DNA of 63,826 bases, filler included, from Octopus bimaculoides (taxonomy: Eukaryota): NCBI RefSeq assembly GCF_001194135.2. It is 6 parts of 6 records of this genome, joined end to end, with 100 filler letters (N's around TTAATTAATTAA, not from the genome) between each part and the next. Parts side by side here need not be neighbours in the genome. Positions count along the whole stretch, not along the records: positions 1 to 13,551 come from NC_068992.1; positions 13,652 to 18,129 come from NC_069004.1; positions 18,230 to 38,450 come from NC_068984.1; 3 more parts are not named here. One strand, given 5' to 3'. A program made the translations under genes and the position numbers. This document shows positions 11,579 through 24,212 of this stretch, piece by piece. The notes beneath the pieces were generated by a model. The model was not told the DNA's origin and searched no databases. It saw only the letters and a list, made by a program, of their open reading frames with translations. Each line of letters begins with the position of its first letter. Positions within the stretch are counted from its first letter, which is position 1.

Positions 11579-11837
11579 GTAAGTAGAAGACTTCTGTCTT
11601 TGTTATTCATACAACTGGTGCACAACCTGTTGTTTTAAGGCTGGAATAAGTTTCACAGCCGTTTAAAAGCTAAAGGGTTAAAGGGGGGAATAAAAAAAGC
11701 TAAAACACTTTTGAAGTACTTCATTTTTGTATTTGTTTTGCAAGAGTCCTGATGTGAATTCGAGTGTTGAAATGAATCTCTAGGGTGGGTCATTATGTCA
11801 ACAAGAGTTAAAATAAACACATACACTAATGCAATAC

Positions 11838-12062
11838 CACTTCTTTATTTTACCAATTAACTATCCAAAGGTTTGTTTAATGTGTTGATTGAACAATCAC
11901 TCAGTTGTTAGTTTTCTTTGTTAGAGTCCTTTTGTCGCTATTCAAGCTTAAAGATGTCATTGATGAGGCTTCTAATAGCAACGAAAGGACTCTGACAGAG
12001 AAAACTAACAACTGATTGATTAAGTAAAGCATTGGATAGTTAGTTGGTAAAACAAAGAAGTG
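11838..12062. repeat. Foldback (inverted repeat) in intron 4 with hammerhead-like core
   Basis: Arms 11838-11948 and 11968-12062 are reverse complements at roughly 85% identity by eye, 19-nt loop. Confidence 0.85.
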
Positions 12063-12547
12063 ATACTGAACCAGTGTGTGTATGTTTATTTAAATTTTTG
12101 TTGGCCTAATGACCTTCCCTATACGCAACAATACTGAAATGAAAGAGACATTTAATAGATCAAAATGTATATTAGCTTTTAACTGTTTTTAGTTTTGTGT
12201 GTGTGTGTGTGTATTATATCCAGCAAAACACTGACAGGAAATGTTGACAATCAAGCTTAAACAAAAATGCCTCTTGGAAAGCACTGGTGATAGTGTTACA
12301 TAAAAAGCACCCAGTACACACTGTGGAGTGGTTGGCATTAGGAAGGGCATCCAACCATAGAAACCAAACCAAAACAGACTATGGAACCTGATGTGGCCCC
12401 TGGCTTTGGTAATCCTTTCTAGATCAATAAAATTAGTATTAGTTGAAGACTGCAGACAATGTAATCGACTTACCCCACCTTTCAAAGTTGCTGGCCTTGT
12501 AGCAAAGTTATGAAAATTTATTAGTGCCAGGAATTTTAGAAATAAGG

Positions 12548-12745
12548 AGGTGGCAAGCTTACAGAATCATTAGCATGCCAAATAAAGATGCTTAACAGTA
12601 TTTTGTCTGTCTTGATGTTCTGGGTTCAAATTGTCCTTCACCCTTTCGAGATTGATGAAATAAATACCAATTGAGTTCTGGAGTGAATGTAATTAGCTAG
12701 CCTTCAACCAAAAATTTCAAACCTTGTGCCTATTGGAGAAATGAT
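12548..12745 (+). mobile_element. SINE family C, degenerate
   Basis: GGTGGCAAGCTTACAGAATCATTAGC head, CCTTTCGAGATTGATGAAATAAATACC domain, GGCCTTGTGCC-like end. Confidence 0.65.
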
Positions 12746-12920
12746 GATTGATTGAGAGTAGTAAACATGGCCCACATAAATGTCTGCAGACTGAGAAATG
12801 ATGGTTGGAAGTTGAAAAAACTTTTCTCCTATTTAAATTTTGAGATTTAAGATTGAACTGTACTCCCTCCTCACTCTCTCTTTTGCACACACACACACAC
12901 AAATAGTGGTTGAGCTAGAA

Positions 12921-13139
12921 CAGCAGTTCTCAACCTGGGGTCGTGACCCCTGGGGCAGTCGTTTGGGGTTTCTCGGCATGTCACGGAGGGTTTGGGAGAA
13001 AGTAATGTATTTGAGGTATTGCATTTGTTTTGTCTTACCTTTACACAAAATTCATCATTACAAAATCTATCATAGGGGTCACAGTAATACCCTGGAGAGT
13101 CTCAGGGTGTAAGACAATGGAAAAGGTTAAGAGCCACTG
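12921..13139. mobile_element. hAT-family MITE
   Basis: TIRs CAGCAGTTCTCAACCT / AGGTTAAGAGCCACTG; perfect 8-bp TSD AGCTAGAA (12913-12920 and 13140-13147). Confidence 0.85.
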
Positions 13140-13149
13140 AGCTAGAACA

Positions 13150-13545
13150 TTATCATCGTCGTTTAACGTCCGCTTTTCATGCTAGCATGGGTTGGACGAT
13201 TTGACTGAGGACTGGTGAACTGGATGGCTACACCAGGCTCCAATCTGATTTGGCACAGTTACTACAGCTGAATGCCCTTCCTAACGCCAACCACTCTGAG
13301 AGTGTAGTGGATGCTTTTACGTGCCACCGGCACGAAGGCCAGTCAGGCGGTACTGGCAACGACCACGCTCAAAATGGTGTATTTTATGTGCCACCTGCAC
13401 AGGAGCCAGTCCAGCAGCACTGGCACGATCTCGCTCGAATGTCTTCACCTTTATGCCACCGGCACAAGTGCCAGGAAGGCGACGCTGGGCACAGGTGCTA
13501 TCACGATTTCGCTTTCGCTTCCCCAACAGGTCTTCACCTTTGTAT
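13150..13545 (-). mobile_element. SINE family A, long copy
   Basis: Reverse complement of 9257-9597 at about 90% identity by eye. Confidence 0.9.
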
Positions 13546-13677
13546 ATTTCTNNNNNNNNNNNNNNNNNNNNNNNNNNNNNNNNNNNNNNNNNNNNTTAAT
13601 TAATTAANNNNNNNNNNNNNNNNNNNNNNNNNNNNNNNNNNNNNNNNNNNNTCTAGGATGTAGATTTGTGCTTATAT

Positions 13678-13725
<48 letters not shown>

Positions 13726-13817
13726 GCACATAAATATTCATTTGTGATTCGTGTGGTGCAGTATGAAGAGACACCAGTGTTTGTTTCTATGTATGAATCT
13801 GTAGGAGTACATATGTC

Positions 13818-13867
<50 letters not shown>

Positions 13868-16800
13868 AGGGAGAGGCTGTGTGCTTTAAATAAAAGCATT
13901 CAGATTGATTCAGAGTTTAATAAATAACATGGTGGCTTGGTTAGATAGTAGCAGCCACCCTCAGATGTGTTAACAGAAAAATCTAGCACACAAATGCACA
14001 ATTGAGTTGATGTTCTAGTGCAAACAGTTAATGATTTCTGCAACATAGATAAGGTTAGCAGTATTGATTACTTACTAATTTTATTGTATTTTTCCTAGTT
14101 GCCTCCATCTCAGCATGGCATGACCACCTCTACCTCCCCACCTACTATCTCTCTCTCTCTCAAACACCTAACATATGCACACATGCATGTACATGTACAT
14201 ATACACATACATCCATATGTGTTTGCACATATACGCACACACACACCGTCCACATCAAGAAACATGTTTAGTGCAACACTGCTGCTTATGACAGGAATAT
14301 TTTCACTGTGACTGCCTTCTTCCATCAACACAAACATCACTCAATAACAGGTGGAGTCTGTCATTCCAGCCCTGTTAACTGGTTAGCAAAAATTATTTAT
14401 CCGACACTTCAAATTTTACATGAAGGCTGTATGTATATGCATATATATATATATATATATATATACATGCACACTCACACACACATATATATATACATAT
14501 ATATATANNNNNNNNNNNNNNNNNNNNNNNNNNNNNNNNNNNNNNNNNNNNNNNNNNNNNNNNNNNNNNNNNNNNNNNNNNNNNNNNNNNNNNNNNNNNN
14601 NNNNNNNNNNNNNNNNNNNNNNNNNNNNNNNNNNNNNNNNNNNNNNNNNNNNNNNNNNNNNNNNNNNNNNNNNNNNNNNNNNNNNNNNNNNNNNNNNNNN
14701 NNNNNNNNNNNNNNNNNNNNNNNNNNNNNNNNNNNNNNNNNNNNNNNNNNNNNNNNNNNNNNNNNNNNNNNNNNNNNNNNNNNNNNNNNNNNNNNNNNNN
14801 NNNNNNNNNNNNNNNNNNNNNNNNNNNNNNNNNNNNNNNNNNNNNNNNNNNNNNNNNNNNNNNNNNNNNNNNNNNNNNNNNNNNNNNNNNNNNNNNNNNN
14901 NNNNNNNNNNNNNNNNNNNNNNNNNNNNNNNNNNNNNNNNNNNNNNNNNNNNNNNNNNNNNNNNNNNNNNNNNNNNNNNNNNNNNNNNNNNNNNNNNNNN
15001 NNNNNNNNNNNNNNNNNNNNNNNNNNNNNNNNNNNNNNNNNNNNNNNNNNNNNNNNNNNNNNNNNNNNNNNNNNNNNNNNNNNNNNNNNNNNNNNNNNNN
15101 NNNNNNNNNNNNNNNNNNNNNNNNNNNNNNNNNNNNNNNNNNNNNNNNNNNNNNNNNNNNNNNNNNNNNNNNNNNNNNNNNNNNNNNNNNNNNNNNNNNN
15201 NNNNNNNNNNNNNNNNNNNNNNNNNNNNNNNNNNNNNNNNNNNNNNNNNNNNNNNNNNNNNNNNNNNNNNNNNNNNNNNNNNNNNNNNNNNNNNNNNNNN
15301 NNNNNNNNNNNNNNNNNNNNNNNNNNNNNNNNNNNNNNNNNNNNNNNNNNNNNNNNNNNNNNNNNNNNNNNNNNNNNNNNNNNNNCATATTCAAGTGCCA
15401 AATGTCTAAATCCAATGGACCAGTCACTGGATAAGTTTGGCACAGAAATGTTAACATAGAGTGGTGAATAAATCGATATATCGAATTTGAAGTCTCTGTC
15501 TCTTTTGAATATGAAAATTTAAAAGTTTAAAAACCTTATGATATAAATATAAACTGTGAGAACGACCCTTAAGGAATCTAATTAATGATCTCCTAAGGTA
15601 AGTTCTTATGCTATATTGGTAACGGTTGCTACATCCTCTGGGAAAATTATTATATATATATATATATACATAAACATATATGTATGTATATAAAAATGTT
15701 TAAAGAAAGAGGGAATGAACAGGCTTTAACTACAAATCATCACAACCGTTTCTGTGCATTATTAACAGCTGTTCGTTGCTGAGTTTTATCACCCAGATGA
15801 TATTAAATAAATAAATAAAATAAATAAATAAATGTTCACATATACACATATGTATATATACATATTTGTTATTCTTAAACAAGAATATTATTGTCAGTAA
15901 CTTCAAAGTTTCAGCCAGCTAAGCCATTGTTGGATGGCAATGCTTTGAAGTAAATCTTGGCTTTATACAGTCTCTGTTGAGATCAAATTTTCTTTAGGTA
16001 TGTGAATCCAAGTTGAATAGTAATTAGTTTGTAGGGTGAGTCGTTATAGAGGGGTGTTTTAGAGAAATTTTTATTGATTAAATTTGGAGTTATGCTATCA
16101 TTTAGAATTTATTTATGCATACACAAATATAAACAAGAAATGCCCTAAACAGCAACAAATAAAGAAACTGACCAGCTAAAACATACCAACTACTTACGTT
16201 CTTTTGTGAATTCTTATAAAATTCCATTACAAAAACGGTGACACAAGCAATTAATAAGTTTTGAAATATTGGTTTCCAATTTTGGCACAAGGCCTGCAAT
16301 TTTTAGGGGAGGGGTAAGTCGATTACTTTATTGATGCTGAAATGATGGAAAGCAAAGTCAACCTCGGTGGAATTTGAACTCAGAATGTAAGGATGAATAA
16401 GTTTTTAGATACTGGACCAAACTTTGAACTTTGACCTTTACACTGTCAAAGCAAAATGATTAAATCCAATAACACCAAAAATAATGAAAACTACTGGCAC
16501 ATCTACTGACCAAAATACTTCCTATAGCTATATCATTTTTGTGAACGTCTAAAAAAGATTCTCATGGCCAGAAGCTGACACACCTAAATATACACTACTG
16601 TTTACAAAGTTCAACATGCATGAATACATTCTAAACAATAACAATAACATAACCCCAAGTTTAATCAATAGAAATTTCTCTAAAACATCCACCATCACAA
16701 CCCATCACTACCACTCAATTCAATTCAAACCCACACACCCAAGATTAACTCCAATGCAACACAGTGTGATGATGGCCTTAGCTGGCTGAAACTTCAAAGT

Positions 16801-17250
16801 TACCATCAAAAACATTCTTGTATAAGAATAATAAATTTGTACTAGCCACTTGAAACGGTCATACTACATCAGCTCTGGATATCCTGATGCTTATTTTGAT
16901 TTTTTTAAACCTTATTTTGAAGTTTCGGAATTAACAAGCTTGCTTCCCAGTCATGTGGTCTTGGGTTCAGTCCCATTTGCCGCATTTTGAGCAAGTGTTT
17001 TTCTACTATAGCCCTTGGCCAACCAAAGCGTTATCAGTGGATTTGTTAGCCAGAAGCTGTAAGAAGCTCATCATGTGTGTGTGTGTGTGTGTGGGTATGT
17101 TTATATCTTTTACCTTTTACTTGATTCAGTCATTAGACTGTAGCCAAGCTGGGGCACCACTTTGAATTTTTAGCCAAATGAATCAACCCCAGTACTAATT
17201 TTTGGTGTTTCAACTTAAGTGCCTAATTCATCTTAATCTCAATTATTTTG

Positions 17251-17318
<68 letters not shown>

Positions 17319-17649
17319 TATAAATCTATAAATATATGGATAATCTATAAATATAAATATATATATAATATATGCATATAAATCTATAAATATAAATACA
17401 TATACAATATATGCACATAAATCTATACATGTAAATACATATGTATATGTATATAAATACATATAAACATATATGTATAAATGTATATGTATCTATGTAT
17501 GTATGTATGTATGTATATATATATATATACCTATGGAAAAGATATGGATAAAACTTACTTGCAAAAGGATGCATGGCATTCAATCATATAATGATATAAA
17601 TAATATACATGCATATATACATAGGTATATGTACATACTTACATCTATA

Positions 17650-18129
17650 CGTATACATATATGCATATGAGGGCACAGGACGTCACGAAACGTGCACAAC
17701 AAGAAATACAAAGTACGAGTACATGGAATATGAACTATTTTTTCGAACAACAAAAAACACAAATGGAAAACAAGACAAAGAACACAAAAACGACCGTTCA
17801 TCAATTGTTGGCTGTTTTTCTAGTCTCGTATTTCGAGCATTTAACAACAAGATAGACTTTTGATAAAACAGTTGCTCCCGTCAAGCAAATTAAATAAAAT
17901 TTGGCATTTTGCGGAGGGTCAAAATTTGTAACACAAACAGGACAGTGAAAACAAACAGGAAGGGCTGCTAAGCCTAAACGAGGTTGTGGTGGCGAACGTG
18001 TAAATCAAGCTTGGACAGGAGACAGACAAGAACACGTCTTCCTTGATCCAGCTACAACGGAGAAAAAGAAAGAAACACAAGTTAGGAGAAGAAAGCTGGC
18101 CGATGGACACGTGGGAGCCACGTAAGCAA
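17650..18129. repeat. Unclassified interspersed repeat, possibly PLE pseudo-LTR-like
   Basis: Non-coding A-rich segment embedded in (AT)n; no ORF; classification is inference only. Confidence 0.3.
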
Positions 18130-18342
18130 NNNNNNNNNNNNNNNNNNNNNNNNNNNNNNNNNNNNNNNNNNNNTTAATTAATTAANNNNNNNNNNNNNNN
18201 NNNNNNNNNNNNNNNNNNNNNNNNNNNNNATATATATATATAAACATAATTAAGGGATCAGCAAGCATTTGCTTCACCATATACCGAAGTTCAGAAATAG
18301 CAGCTAATTAGCTGCTATTGATAAACCTTTACCCTTTTAATT

Positions 18343-18379
<37 letters not shown>

Positions 18380-19816
18380 ATATGTATGCATATATATTTG
18401 TATATGTATATATGTGCGTGTGTGTAAATATATGCTTGTGTGTATGTATACACATACAAAAAATATTTAAGTAAACAAAGATGTTTACAAAACAGAAGTA
18501 ATAATTTTTTACTGTTCAACCATTATTTATATGAACCACTCAAATGCGTGGGAATTCAAATACATGTTTTGTTAGTCTATAATTCTAATTGAATGAACTA
18601 GAATGTTCAATAATGAATATATAAATAGAATCCCCAAAACCTAGGGAACTTAATTTTGATAAATGGAAAAACAAAACTGAAGTAACTCCATATGAAATCT
18701 CAGTTTCATGAATAAAAATTATGTAAACTCAACATGATGTTCAGAATACTGTTATCTCCCCAATAATAATAGTTCAAATATACCCCTTCCTACTTATTTC
18801 AACTTACATCTTATATATATGTGTGTGTGTGTACGTATGTATGTATATATACACACATCTATACACATTTGCGTGTGTGTGTATGTATATATACACACAC
18901 ATATTTATACATATACATATACACATTTATATATATAGCGTTGCTATTATGCAAAAGTGTTGTAAATCCAAAACATTGCTTTTCCAGAAAACGGAAAAAT
19001 AGTTGCACCATTCCATAGCAAAACCGTTGTACTACACTTTGACAATTTTCGATATCTTGGCATCTAAAGCAGCTGGAGATACAATTGTTTGACCAAAAGA
19101 ACCGACTATTGCAAGCAAAAATAAATATTGGAAAAAACACATTTGGCCAGATTTGAACATATGGCAGTTTAACATCACAGCAACAATATGTATACACTAA
19201 ATTCTAAATTCATTGGGGTTATTTTTTTCATGCTTGCAGGGAGCAGTGAGAATTTATTGAAGTAGACTTTCTACAGCCAGATGCTCTTACTGTAGCCAAC
19301 CCTCACCAGTTTCCAAGCTAGGGAATATTTCTCCATTTCCAGACAAGTTTTTCACAGAAGAGTGGAAACGAACAACCCTACTTGTATGATGATGATGAAG
19401 ATACTCATCTAGAAACCATGTCTAGATCACATAAGCATATACACACACAAATATATATACATATATATAAGTATATACACACACACAAACACATGTAAAT
19501 GTATATATATCTATATACATGCATACATATATATATATATATANNNNNNNNNNNNNNNNNNNNNNNNNNNNNNNNNNNNNNNNNNNNNNNNNNNNNNNNN
19601 NNNNNNNNNNNNNNNNNNNNNNNNNNNNNNNTTATACATAGTGAGAGAGAGAGAGAGAGAGTGAGATTGATATGATATTTTTCTTTCAATTTCTGCCTAC
19701 CAAATCCACTCACAAGGCTTTGGTTAACCTAGACCTATAGCAGAAAACGCTTACCCAAGAGGCTGTGTAGCAGTACTGAATTCAAGACCACATTGTTTGA
19801 AAGCAAATTGCTTAAC

Positions 19817-19860
<44 letters not shown>

Positions 19861-20228
19861 GACATATACAGAAGTATCAAGGCAGATAAACACTGGTAAG
19901 CATGAGATATATATTCACATGGAGAACAAATAACAGATTACAGAATAAAGAAAGCAAAACAGAGGAATTATGTAAGGTCTTATTTTGACAGCTGTTTCGG
20001 AACAGCCATAATTTATATAATAACCAATTCATATGTAATATTTGCTTGATATCATATGTGTATGTTAGACTATAAGTTCTGATGAAATTGTTAAAGTTTG
20101 GTGTCTCTTCTCAAGAGCAAGATAACACACACACAAAGATAAATAGATAGATAGATAGATATGTATGTGTAAGTGTGATTGTGTATATGTGTGCATGCAT
20201 GTGGATCTATTGTGTGTATGTATATATG

Positions 20229-21336
20229 CATATATAAATATACACATATATCATAACCATCATCATCCTGTTTTTATCTTTGATATTCTATGTTGACGTG
20301 AGTTGAATGGGTCTTTTCCGGCACAACACCTGTTCAGATCTAAGGTCCTTAACTCTCTACTGAACTCATGATCAGAAATTTTCACTGGTTGCAAGCATAT
20401 AAATATATTTTGAAGAACTGGAAAAATGTGTGTGCACGCGTGTGTGTGTGCACACGTGTGTGTGTGCGCGCCCACACACGTGCGCGCACACACACACACG
20501 TGTGAAGGAATCGCTCATAGATTATTATATACAGGTACAGAAAGTCTTCAGATTTTCAAAGGAAATGAAATAGAATGAAATAAAATACAATAAAGTCAAC
20601 TATTGATGCTATTACATTTAAGAAACTTCCATGTAACACTTTCAACAACAGGTATCCTAGTTACTCAATCAACTGAACTATTTCCTTGAATTATAAGTAT
20701 GAGAGCAACTGCTTATCCTGAGACAACATGTACTCTTAACCGAATCTTCAGGCAGAATTAGTAGTGAAGCTTTATATTATAAGGCTGGCTCTTTAAATAA
20801 GAAGTATTATACCTCATGCCAGTACCTCATAAAAGGTACCCATGCCAGTGTCATGTAAAAAGTACTTGTGCTGGCAACATGTAAATAGCACCCATGCTGG
20901 TGCTACATGAAAAGCATCCATGCTGGCACTGTGCAAAAAGCATCTGTGCCAGTATTATGTAAAAAGCAACCATGCCATTACTATGTAAACAACATCTTCA
21001 CTGGTTGCAAGCATATATATAAATATATTTTGAAGAACTGGAAAAATGTGCGTGCATGTGTGTGTGTGTGCACACACACGTGCGCGCACACACACACACA
21101 CACGTGTGCACACACACACACGCATGCACACACATTTTTCCAGTTCTTCAAAATATATTTATATATATGCTTGCAACCAGTGAAAATTTCTGATCATGAG
21201 TTCAGTAGAGAGTTAAGGACCTTAGATCTGAACAGGTGTTGTGCCGGAAAAGACCCATTCAACTCACGTCAACATAGAATATCAAAGATAAAAACAGGAT
21301 GATGATGGTTATGATATATGTGTATATTTATATATG
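20229..21336. repeat. Large palindrome with ~210-bp arms enclosing a duplicated block
   Basis: 20229-20436 and 21125-21336 are reverse complements, identical except for (AT) unit number; 20503-20996 duplicates 24875-25370. Confidence 0.95.
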
Positions 21337-21739
21337 TGTGTGTGTGTATGTGTGTGTATTTGTATGTATGTGTGTGTATCGTATTGTATCATATTATCAT
21401 ATCATATATGATATGACATGATGTAAATCATTGTCAAAAGAAGGAATAGTGAAGGTTGATCTCAAGATGCTGGAATAATAACCATCATCATCATCATCCT
21501 CAATAGCCTATATCCTTTTTTCCATGATAGCAGGTTTCCTCAGTGCACTATCTCACCACTTGCTGAGGTTCCTTGTTAACTCTTTCAACTCTTTCATGAG
21601 TTTCAGTCTGTTGAACTCAGCATTTGCCATTTGTTTCCTTGTCTTCTTCAATTTTCCTCTTCAACAGGTTCCTTCCTGTTGGATTGCTTTACACTTATGT
21701 ATTCCTATGTATACATACATATATATTGTATATGTGTAT

Positions 21740-21935
21740 GTGTTATGATAGATCGCTGACCACTACATTTATATTTTTTTTCTCCTTGTTTCTTTCTGTG
21801 TTCCTTTCAGTTAAAGAGCGTAGGCTCGAAACGTCAAAGACTTTCTCTATTATCGAGCATTAAACTAATACATCCATTTGTTGTTTACACCACCTGTCTT
21901 CGTCTGTTGTTTTTTTTGTAAATTCTCCCATATAT
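21740..21935 (+). mobile_element. Short non-autonomous repeat with hammerhead-like motif; truncated minus-strand copy at 53620-53700
   Basis: AAAGACTTTCTC...CGAGCATTAAACTAATAC..TTGTTGTTTACACC recurs reverse-complemented near 53640; ends in (AT)n. Confidence 0.6.
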
Positions 21936-22779
21936 ATATATATATATATATATATATCATCATCATCATCATCATCATCATACACACACATACTTACGAA
22001 ATGGTGTTTGTGTATGCTCGTGTTTGTTATATCTGATCTTGTTTACCTAACATATGACATGCATATATCTCACTACACACTAGCCTAAAAATGTGCTGAG
22101 GACTATTATGCTTCTGGTCTAAAAAAAATCAGATAGACAGATAAATATAATAAAGAGACTCTACATATATGTATTAAACATAGCTTTGTAAACATAAAGC
22201 TGAAATCTGAAATTAAAAGCAGAAAGAATAAACTGACAAGACTTCATGTCACAGTAAATTTATATTCATACTTTTCTCAAGTTAATTACAAAAATGCATT
22301 TGTTCATTTCTATAGTTTGTTGTCTGTTTCAATAGTAAGTCATCATCCACTTAACTCAATACAAAGTCAGACTTGCTTTGTTTATAGTGAACATAATGAA
22401 ATATCAGATGTTAATTAGATATATATGAGAATATATTATAAATTTAAAGATATTATTTCTATTATAAGCAACATTAAAGATACCTTGCTATTTTTCCATA
22501 TTAGCAGAAGAAATTTAACTCTACTCTGTGCAGAGCTAAGTCAACAATGACTGGTTATCAGGAAAGGCAACAGATTTATCAGCTAAAGCAAATCGTTAAT
22601 TTGAGAATGGAGTAAATATCTATTCATATTGGTATTATTAATTATGTTGTTGCTTGGCAAGTAACATACTCATGGCTCAAATCTCATCAGAAAGTTTGTT
22701 GCTGTTTTTTTGTATTTTAAATTGGTATTTACAAAGATATAATGCTAATGTTTGCATTAAAAATCTTACCGGGTAATAT

Positions 22780-22861
<82 letters not shown>

Positions 22862-22973
22862 ACATATTTACATACATACTTTCATATGTATGTGTGTATA
22901 TATATATATATATATTAGTTCCAATCCATGCTAGCATGGAAAGCGGACGTTAAACGATGATGATGATGATATT

Positions 22974-23380
22974 CTTTACTCATTTACTCTTTTACTTGTT
23001 TCAGTTATTTTGACTGTGGCCATGTTGGAGCACCGCCTTTAGTCGAGCAAATCAATCCCAGGACATATTCTTTGTAAGCCTGGTACTTATTCTATCGGTC
23101 TCTTTTGCCGAACCGCTAAGTTACGGGCACGTAAACACACCAGCATTGGTTGCCAAGCGATGTTGGAGGGAACAAACACAGACACATAAACATATACACA
23201 CACACACACATATATATATATATACATATATACGACAAGCTTCTTTTAGTTTCCATCTACCAAATCCACTCACAAGGCTTTGGTCGGCCCGAGGCTATAG
23301 TAGAAGACACTTGCCCAAGGTGCCACGCAGTGGGACTGAACCCGGTACCATGTGGTTCATAAGCAAGCTACTTACCACAT
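22974..23380 (-). mobile_element. SINE family B
   Basis: Near full-length match to B consensus; abuts a family-A tail (22922-22970). Confidence 0.9.
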
Positions 23381-23840
23381 ATTTATATGTGTGTGTGTGT
23401 GTGTTATTTTTGATATTTTCAACCTCTATCTTTCCATGATCTTTGCTAAGTAGCAAAATGAATGGATCAATAATTAAGAAGTTCACTTTGCAATGATGTG
23501 GTTTTAGGTTCAGTTCCAATGCACAGAACCTTGAGCAAGTGTCTTCTTCTATGGCCCTGGGCCAACCAATGGCTCATGAGTGAATTTGATGGGTGGAAAC
23601 TGTGTGCAACCGTCTTATATATATATACATGTGTGTGTATGTGGCATGTGTGTGTGTGTGTTGGTGTCTATGTCTCTAACATCATCACTGATGCTGTCAT
23701 AAGTTTATCCATTCAATTCCTGAACCATGCGATGATTTGGACTCTTGAGCAAAACGCTTAATTTCACAGCTGTTCCAATTCACTCAGTTGGCAAAAATGA
23801 TTAAATACCATCACTAACAAACAATACATTTACATATTGA

Positions 23841-23873
<33 letters not shown>

Positions 23874-24136
23874 ATTGTCGTCATTATCATCATTATTTTA
23901 ATGTCCACTTTTCTATGCTTACATGGATGAACTGGAATCCACTGATGCAAATTTTTTACATCAGTAATTACTTCCATTTATTCTTCATTTTCTTCTCCTT
24001 ATCTTCCCTCAATATTGATAATTTCAATAATCCTAAACATATACCAATTACTTTCCCATTATATGATACAGATTAAACCAGTGGAATACCTTGGTTTATA
24101 TAATCCCTAATGAGGTATTGACTCCCTCGAATTAAC

Positions 24137-24212
<76 letters not shown>

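Noticed and set aside
13596-13607. TTAATTAATTAA embedded in N runs (also near 18174, 38495, 52186, 61568)
   Set aside because: Identical 12-mer centred in equal-sized gaps with stops in all frames; a scaffolding linker, not biology.
14308-15459. Long ORFs made of X, YI/HT/CV repeats (also 41235-42107, 62868-63367 and many others)
   Set aside because: Read-through of N gaps and (AT)n/(CA)n microsatellites.
18296-18319. Palindrome AATAGCAGCTAATTAGCTGCTATT
   Set aside because: Short foldback at the end of a repeat fragment also seen near 43960-44010; no independent functional evidence.
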